DNA of 58,921 nt, counting the filler, from Nemertoderma westbladi (taxonomy: Eukaryota > Animalia > Xenacoelomorpha), in assembly GCA_032718475.1 (NCBI GenBank). It is 3 parts of 3 records of this genome, joined end to end, with 100 filler letters (N's around TTAATTAATTAA, not from the genome) between each part and the next. Parts side by side here need not be neighbours in the genome. Positions count along the whole stretch, not along the records: positions 48,890 to 58,921 come from JAUCBJ010003972.1; 2 more parts are not named here. One strand, 5' to 3'. Within the stretch, counting starts at the first letter, position 1. Each line of letters starts with the position of its first letter. The notes below the pieces were generated by a model. It made no database searches, was not told the origin of the DNA, and worked only from the letters and a program-made list of their open reading frames with translations. A program made the position numbers and the translations under genes. This document shows positions 52,301-58,921 of the stretch, in pieces.

Positions 52301-52871
52301 CATCAACCATATTATGAAGAACTGACAGTAAATAGCAGTATAACAATATAAAAGTATGCACAGTGTTACACAGTATGCAGTGTATGCAGTACTGCAGTAT
52401 GCAGTATGCAGACATCAGTATGCAGATAACGGATATATGTCCTTATAATTAAGCCTACTAGTGTAAGACTAAAAACTGAAAACACAGAGGTGCCAAAAGC
52501 CGGTTCTTAGGCTCTGGGCAAAAACATAACACTGAACTACTGAGTTTCTGTATACACCTCCAACACAGAGACAACAAACGCTCTGATTGGTCAACCTGAA
52601 CAACGAGAGAACAAAGAAACGTCGACGTGGCAATATCAGCTGCTAGCCGTCGTCATGGTAGCGACACTGTTTTCAAGAGTATCGAGCTTTTACGTCACGG
52701 AATTACGGATTATGTCCTCTAAAGTACAAATACAGAAGAAATAGCTTTTATGTCCGCTAAAACACCAGTACAGCAAGGACACGGCCTTTTTATGCCTGGT
52801 AAACCAACTACAGAGTATTTTACGGGAAAAATAAGGAAAAATAACCGGACAATTCAGCAAAAGCTTTTACA
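48890..52871 (-). mobile_element. LTR retrotransposon family 2, copy B: putative 5' LTR (50060-52871), leader with AATACCGGTA subrepeats, gag start
   Basis: Homology with 24901-28046; TGTTAC...TTTTACA termini. Confidence 0.72.
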
Positions 52872-52909
52872 AGTCCCATGCCATGATAGTATGTCTCTAA
52901 ACGCATGAC

Positions 52910-53303
52910 TCTAAACGAAACTGACTAAACTTTAACAACAAAAAGATCTGATAAGGATCGAACCAGGTACTTTCACATCTTAGGTCTGGCCCTTTACTGA
53001 GTGAGCTACCAGCTGACCAGGTGATATAAACCACCATGACAGGGGGAGGGGGGGTGGTGTGAACTATTACAACAACTACCTACCTCTACTACTGTAGAAA
53101 AGCCAACATGCTGGGGGCTGGGCTGGCTGTAAACGAAACTGCCTAAACGTTAAATCCAAATTTAAGATTAAACAAAAAGACCTGAGCCGGGATCGAACCC
53201 AGTACTTTTGCATCTTCAGTCTGGGGTTTTAGTCGAGTGATCCAACGGAGATAAATTACCAGAACAACAACAAGAATTACATTCCAACAACAACTACCTA
53301 CCT
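52910..53303 (-). repeat. Two diverged tandem units, each with a tRNA-like SINE head
   Basis: B boxes GGTTCGATCC at 52955-52964 and 53190-53199; A-box-like GGTAGCTCACTCAGT; shared flanks. Confidence 0.5.
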
Positions 53304-53425
53304 AAAGATGCAGTTTTATTTCTAGACCTCCTCCTATTGGCAGACTGGTGTCGTGACTGCTTGACAGTGTTTTAAACTATTGTGTGAGTTTGGCGTCACT
53401 TATATTATATTATAAACTGGGCTCA

Positions 53426-53794
53426 ATGCAGTTTCCGGTACCCACACTTTTTCTTACTTGTATTGTACTGCAGTACTGTTGCAAACCACCTTTAGCTGTT
53501 TAGTCGGACAGTTACCGGTTCACTGTCATAGGCCTATCATAACCATTTATTCTTGTAAAGATATAGTTTGGTTTATTATTTTGGTTAGGGTTAGTTGGTC
53601 AGGCCTCAACCATAATTAAAACTGTCATGTAACCCTAACCCTAAGTCATAATCTAAGAAATTCCTTTAAATTTCTTAGATTATAACTTAGGGTTACATGA
53701 CAGTTTTAATTAGGGTTGAGGCCGCCACTACTGTAACCAGCGTGTTTCATACAGTATAAAAATCCAATGGCCGTGTGGGTACCCCAAACTGCAT
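53426..53794. mobile_element. Nested palindromic MITE-like elements
   Basis: Outer arms ATGCAGTTT..GGTACCCACAC / GTGTGGGTACC..AAACTGCAT; inner hairpin 53601-53723. Confidence 0.6.
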
Positions 53795-53821
53795 ATTCCC
53801 ATAAACTGATCTGTTGATACA

Positions 53822-54060
53822 ATGATAGTACTGTAATAATGCCTCAAAAAAAATGTAGGCCTACCACCGAAGATACCGTGATGATAGTACTGTAATAATG
53901 CCTCAAATAAAATGTAGGCCTACCACCGAAGATACCGTGATGATAGTACTGTAATAATGCCTCAAATAAAATGTAGGCCTACCACCGAAGATACCGTGAT
54001 GATAGTAGGCCTACTGTAATAATGCCTCAAATAAAATGTAGGCCTACCACCGAAGATACC
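53822..54060. repeat. 59-bp tandem repeat x4 upstream of DBT
   Basis: Unit GATAGTACTGTAATAATGCCTCAAATAAAATGTAGGCCTACCACCGAAGATACCGTGAT at 53824, 53883, 53942, 54001. Confidence 0.93.
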
Positions 54061-54261
54061 GCGATCCTACGGTACCGGTTGCCGGTACTACTGTACTAAG
54101 ATTCATTAACATTTTGAAATTGTACGGTACTGCGGTAGGCCTATTGTTTATTTCATTCCATTGTTATTTGAATTGAATTTACATTATTATTTGCAACTGG
54201 CTGGGGTTACTGCTGTACTATTCACCGGACCGGTACCACAACCACACCGAGGTTTCGAGAT

Positions 54262-55791
54262 ATGGCTCTCGTGTTCGGATCGATATCGCGATTACCAATG
54301 CTCCGGGCTTCGCGATTCTATAATCATATGTTTGCTGGTTCTAGAATCCGCAACTATTCGTTAAGTTCCTCACCCTGGGCCTGGGTATATAAAGTAACTA
54401 ATAAACTCCAACAAAATCGCCACCGAGTTGTGTTGTTTTCTGGGTTACACACGGCGGTTGGGAGGCAGGCAGTGGTCGCGTTTAATCTCTCTGATATTGG
54501 CGAAGGTATACGAGAAGTTGTAGTCAAGGAATGGTACGTAAAGGAAGGTGACGTTGTCGAGCAGTTCGATAGACTTTGCGAAGTTCAGAGCGACAAAGCG
54601 AGTGTAACGATAACCTCCAAGTACGATGGGGTCATCGTGAAACTTCATTACGAAGTGGAGGAGGTTGCCCGGGTTGGTATGGCGCTGGTCGAAATAGAAA
54701 CAGACGATTCTACGGGGGAGGAATCCGCCGGGCCTGATATTCACCTAGAGGGTTCTAAAACGGTTGAATTTCCCGCGGTTTCCGCCTCTGTACCGGGGCC
54801 TGGTGGTAAGGCAATGGCGACGCCGACGGTGAGACGGTTCGCTATGGAGACCGGCGTCGATATAAACACAGTGAAGGGTTCCGGGAAAGGGGGTCGAGTC
54901 GTTAAGGAAGATATCGAGCGGGTTCTAGCGGGATCCAGCGAGTCGAGTCTACCGGTAGTCGCTACGGGGGTTGCTACCCAACCGACTACTGACGTTGCCA
55001 CCCAACCGACTGGCATTGCTACCCAACCACCACGCGTCCATTTCCTCACCCCGAGACCCGTTCCGGCCCCACTGACCGGGTCCGATCGAGTGGAACCAAT
55101 CACGGGAATCCGTAAAGTTATGGCGAGATCCATGACGGAGTCGCTCTCGATCCCCCATTTCGGATACTCGGACGAGTTCGACGTGACCGCGTTGGTCGGA
55201 ATCCGCGAGCGGTTGAACGCCGTCGCTAAGCAACACGGGATCGACAAACTAACCTACTTGCCGTTCCTCATAAAGGCGGCCTCTTTGGCTCTCAATGATT
55301 TCCCCATATTAAACTCCCACGTTGACGATTCCTGCGAGAAAATAACCTACAAATGGGAACACAACATCGGGATATCGGTTGATACGGAATCCGGTCTCCT
55401 ACTGCCCTGTATAAAGCGCTGTCAGTCTCTAAGCGTGCTAGACATCGCGGCCGAGGCCTACAGACTCCAGGATTTAGCCAAACTCGGTAGACTAACTCCC
55501 TCAGACTGCTCCGGGTTTACTTTCGGTCTGAGTAACATCGGTTCGTTGGGAGGGACATACGCCTCGCCAATTATTCCTCGCCCGATTGTCGCTATCGGCG
55601 CTTTGGGTCGTATCCAGCGACTGCCTCGGTACGTGAACGAGCGTAGCGAGGATGTGGTCGCGGCGTCTGTGCTACGGGTCAGCTGGTCCGCCGACCATCG
55701 CGTTATTGACGGGGCCACTATGTGTCGTTATAGTAACGCGATGAAGCGTTACGTAGAGAACCCCGACGCTATGCTATTGTATTTGCGTTGA
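54262..55791 (+). CDS. DBT: Dihydrolipoamide branched-chain transacylase (BCKDH E2), mitochondrial, single exon
   Basis: Basic presequence; lipoyl domain LSDIGEGI..CEVQSDKASVTITSKYDG; E3-binding ATPTVRR..GSGKGGRVVKED; catalytic WSADHRVIDG; AATAAA near 55833. Confidence 0.96.
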   Translation: MALVFGSISRLPMLRASRFYNHMFAGSRIRNYSLSSSPWAWVYKVTNKLQQNRHRVVLFSGLHTAVGRQAVVAFNLSDIGEGIREVVVKEWYVKEGDVVEQFDRLCEVQSDKASVTITSKYDGVIVKLHYEVEEVARVGMALVEIETDDSTGEESAGPDIHLEGSKTVEFPAVSASVPGPGGKAMATPTVRRFAMETGVDINTVKGSGKGGRVVKEDIERVLAGSSESSLPVVATGVATQPTTDVATQPTGIATQPPRVHFLTPRPVPAPLTGSDRVEPITGIRKVMARSMTESLSIPHFGYSDEFDVTALVGIRERLNAVAKQHGIDKLTYLPFLIKAASLALNDFPILNSHVDDSCEKITYKWEHNIGISVDTESGLLLPCIKRCQSLSVLDIAAEAYRLQDLAKLGRLTPSDCSGFTFGLSNIGSLGGTYASPIIPRPIVAIGALGRIQRLPRYVNERSEDVVAASVLRVSWSADHRVIDGATMCRYSNAMKRYVENPDAMLLYLR

Positions 55792-57258
55792 ATCATTTAT
55801 TGCCGTAGTTACTATAGTAACTGTATGATGTAAATAAATTGCTTCTCCAAAGTCATTTAGTGCTGAAAACCGTTTAACTGAAATTTTTTAACACTGAAAT
55901 TAATTTACAAATGAATTTAAATTCAATTTAGTTGTTGTAACTAAATTCCGTCTCAATAAATACACATCCCACAAAAATGTTTAAATTATTGTGATATAAA
56001 ATGATATTTTAAATTACGATAAATTACTTCTGAACTTAGAACCGTTGTTTAGTTTCGTTGATGTTTACTTAATTAAATAAACCTGATAATGAAAGTAGTT
56101 TTAAACTATACAAGTTAATGAGCTATTCGGTTGAAATGTCGTGCTTAAAAAATATATTAATAATAAATAATAATTATTTTAGGTGATAGTGGTGCTTAAG
56201 GTTAGTACCGGTAGTATGAAATTATTAAAATGTGTGGCAGTGCCCTGGTAGTCGGGGCGAAATTTCCTGCAAAAAAATAATAAAAAATATACATAAGCAG
56301 TATACATAAATACAGTCGAGTTAAGGTGCTGAATTTTGTCAAATCTGTGAATGTGGAGGTTCTACATTTACAATTTTGACAGTCCAAATCGGGAGTTGTG
56401 CTTACAAACTCAGTTATGCCCCATTTCTTGTATTGGTCCTATTTATTATAATTTATAGGCGGAACTCATAATAATTATTCGTGGTCTATATTCTATAGAG
56501 TGATACTGAACGGGTTTATAACACAGTGCCGATAACCATAATAAACAATAAGTATTGTTAATTGTGAATTGAGATAAAGGTCCAGGTTACAGTTATTCTA
56601 ACCAAAACAATAAACCACCGTTATGAGCACCGGTTGCAGTTTCATATTTTTTAGTAGTCAGTTGTCGGCGTAGCGTTTACACCTATACTTAACTATGTCC
56701 ATTAATTGCAAATCTTTACTCTTAACTAATTTCGCGTATTTATCATCAAATGATGATCATTGAATTGTTGAGGCTAAATTATTCATCACCCTAAAACGTT
56801 ACCTTCATTCGCCTAAATAATAAGTGAAAACGCCAAAACATCGCGTCAATGGCCATTGGCCCATGATGCATCAACCCAAACACAAAATACAACGAAATCG
56901 ATAACCGTTCAATTTTACAAGATTATGAAGAAGTTCTGAAAAACTCAGTTTGCAGCCTTTATTCCAATCGCTTCTCTGAGTATTAATATTTATTATTATA
57001 GTCGCTAGTCGGTTTAATAGTGCATTAGTTGAGACTACTTTATTTAATATTAAATAATATAATTACCATTCCAATCCAATTACCTTTATTTCAGTCACTC
57101 GTTGTACATTTGGAGGATACCTGGGAACTTTTCCAAATGTATGCATAAGTGTGGAAACCAATATGACTATAAAAATCGCCCATCTTGTGATGTGAAGAAA
57201 ACCTATAAAACTGTATAAAACCTATAACATATTTGAATAATTTGTATTTTCCCAAATT

Positions 57259-57715
57259 GGCCCATGTGATGAATACGAAGACTTTCTACCGTTATATTTC
57301 ACTTTGCAGTTACCCCCATGTGAAGAATACCAGGTTTTCACCAAAAACACAGGTTACAGGACGGTTGAATCTAACCAAAACAATAAACGAATTAGTATAT
57401 GTACAGGTTATAAGACAGAAATAAGCGTTATAAAACACTTAATAAAGATAAATAAAAAAAATAAAAAATCTTCATATATAAAATTCCAATACAAAGTCGA
57501 CCGAAAAGTGAAATCCTGGTATTCTTTACATGGGCGTCCAAATTTCTCCTTATTAAGTGTCTTATAACTTGTATAGATACTTATCCGTTTATTGTTTTTG
57601 TTAGAAACAGCCATTCTGAAACCTGTGGTTTTAGTGAAAACCTGTTATTCTTCACATGGGGGTAACTGCAAAGTAAAACATAACAGCAGAAAGTCTGGTT
57701 TCTTCACATGGGCCA
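57259..57715. mobile_element. MITE with ~155-bp imperfect TIRs
   Basis: TGGCCCATGTGA.GAA... / ...TTCTTCACATGGGCCA. Confidence 0.8.
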
Positions 57716-58050
57716 TAAATAGAGCCTTAGTAATGGGTATCATAGTAACTGTTCGCTTGTGGTGACATCTTTCATACAGTGCTGCTGCACGGAGACCCCC
57801 CCCCCCCCCCCCCCAGACATGTCTCGCACCATCTTAATAGAATAGCCTCCCTTTAAACCTAGACCACACTAAAATATAACCTAAGTGTTAATTGGTCGTG
57901 GTATTTTCCTATAAGGCCACCATGTATTATAATGATGATCATTATATTTTCTATGCAGTACACTGATCGCACGTGGCCTATCATCCATTATATTTTCTAT
58001 GCAGTACACTGATCGCACGTGGCCTATCATCCATTATATTTTCTATGCAG

Positions 58051-58191
58051 TACGCTGATCGCACGTGGCCTGTCATCTTCCTTGGATCTCTTCTCTTCAT
58101 TCCCGGCGCCTACCACGTTTACATCGCCTATGGTGCTTGGCGCGGCTACCATGGTTACTCGTTTGCCGATATACCTTCCTCAATGGATTGA
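58051..58191 (+). CDS. TMEM230: Terminal exon of TMEM230 (upstream exons not identified)
   Basis: TTTTCTATGCAG acceptor, then YADRTWPVIFLGSLLFIPGAYHVYIAYGAWRGYHGYSFADIP, matching the TMEM230 C-terminus (ADR..P....G...F.PG.YH..IAY.A..GY.GYS..DIP). Confidence 0.82.
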   Translation, partial: YADRTWPVIFLGSLLFIPGAYHVYIAYGAWRGYHGYSFADIPSSMD

Positions 58192-58451
58192 ATTGGTATA
58201 ATTAATTGTACGCGGTTTATTCCACATATGGATATCTCTGATAATGTGACTTAAATTTTACATTTTATTGTTATTTATTTTTTTAATTCGTGCAATGTTA
58301 TAATACCTTGGTATTCATAAGAAAGATTGTAAAAACTGCAGATATTTAACTAATTATTGTCACATTTGGAATTTACCTCGTCATCAGTTGCATGTAAGTG
58401 ATAGATTTTATATGTTAATCTGCCCATTGATTGGTTGACCGTTAAATAGAA

Positions 58452-58921
58452 ATGCGTTCCAAAATACTGCGGATTAAATCGAAGATTCGTCAGCGACGAT
58501 CTCGACTACAGCGGAGCAGACAACGTAAACTGCGACGAATGGAAGCGGCGAGATTGGCTGAGAAACAGCGAGAGATTGAGAAGCGTAATGCTGTTAAAGA
58601 AAGGGAAGAAGCAGAACTGAAGAAAGACGTTGATTTAGTACTGAGAGATGTTCGAAAGAAAATTAGCGATATGATGGAGATATTAGAAACTATTCGATTA
58701 TTGAGGAAAATTCGAGGAATTCGTAAGGATAAAGCTACGGAGAAAGGTCAGTTTACTAAAGTAGAACACGACGAGAGGTTGGAAAACAGAACATCGGTCA
58801 TGAGGCGGATAATAAATAAGCGATTAGAAATTTATCGAAAGGAGGAAATTACATTAAGAGTGATACTAGAATCCTCACACGAAACCGAGGTGAACGCAAA
58901 AGCTATTCCCGAAGTTAATAA
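58452..58921 (+). CDS. PDCD7: PDCD7 (U11/U12 snRNP 59K), partial, runs off the window; absent from the ORF track
   Basis: Manual translation: ..ELKKDVDLVLRDVRKKISD..ILETIRLLRKIRGIRK..KG..RRIINKRLEIYRKEEITLRVILE, matching the recalled PDCD7 core (VL.EVRKK..D..LRK..KG..KR.ELY..EE..LRVMLE). Confidence 0.8.
   Translation, partial: MRSKILRIKSKIRQRRSRLQRSRQRKLRRMEAARLAEKQREIEKRNAVKEREEAELKKDVDLVLRDVRKKISDMMEILETIRLLRKIRGIRKDKATEKGQFTKVEHDERLENRTSVMRRIINKRLEIYRKEEITLRVILESSHETEVNAKAIPEVN

Noticed and set aside
25297-52871. Family-2 LTR copies as the two ends of one 27-kb element
   Set aside because: Both carry the same leader on the same side (both 5' LTRs), are clearly diverged, and lie on different contigs.
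54445-55718. Antisense ORFs over DBT (and over the LINE and BEL ORFs)
   Set aside because: Shadow frames of real coding sequence.
56183-57140. Possible small exons (about 56183-56200 and 57095-57138) as upstream TMEM230 exons
   Set aside because: Splice-like flanks, but the translations do not convincingly match the TMEM230 N-terminus or first TM helix.

Overview
AT-rich, transposon-dense animal (invertebrate) genomic DNA. Three contigs are joined by artificial N-TTAATTAATTAA-N linkers at 24801-24900 and 48790-48889. Contig 1 holds a 33-bp satellite, a 5'-truncated Penelope-like (GIY-YIG) element with a hammerhead-like motif at its 3' end, two more tandem arrays and an inverted pair of RTE fragments. 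The Penelope element is split by a 12.5-kb minus-strand BEL/Pao LTR retrotransposon (2-kb LTRs, TSD GTTGT, PR-RT deleted). That element carries a nested solo LTR and a 255-bp fold-back. Contig 2 holds a probable 5' LTR of a second family, a small spliced OB-fold gene, SINEs and MITEs, a broken RTE LINE and a near-intact two-ORF LINE. Contig 3 holds another copy of the second LTR family with a gag-like start, an intronless DBT, the last exon of TMEM230 and the start of PDCD7. Best candidate for something new: neither LTR family has a tRNA-type primer-binding site. Instead, the bases abutting the 5' LTR are exactly complementary to a 9-11 nt segment inside their own LTR, suggesting Tf1-like self-priming in BEL/Pao-type elements. 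All calls were made by eye, without database searches.
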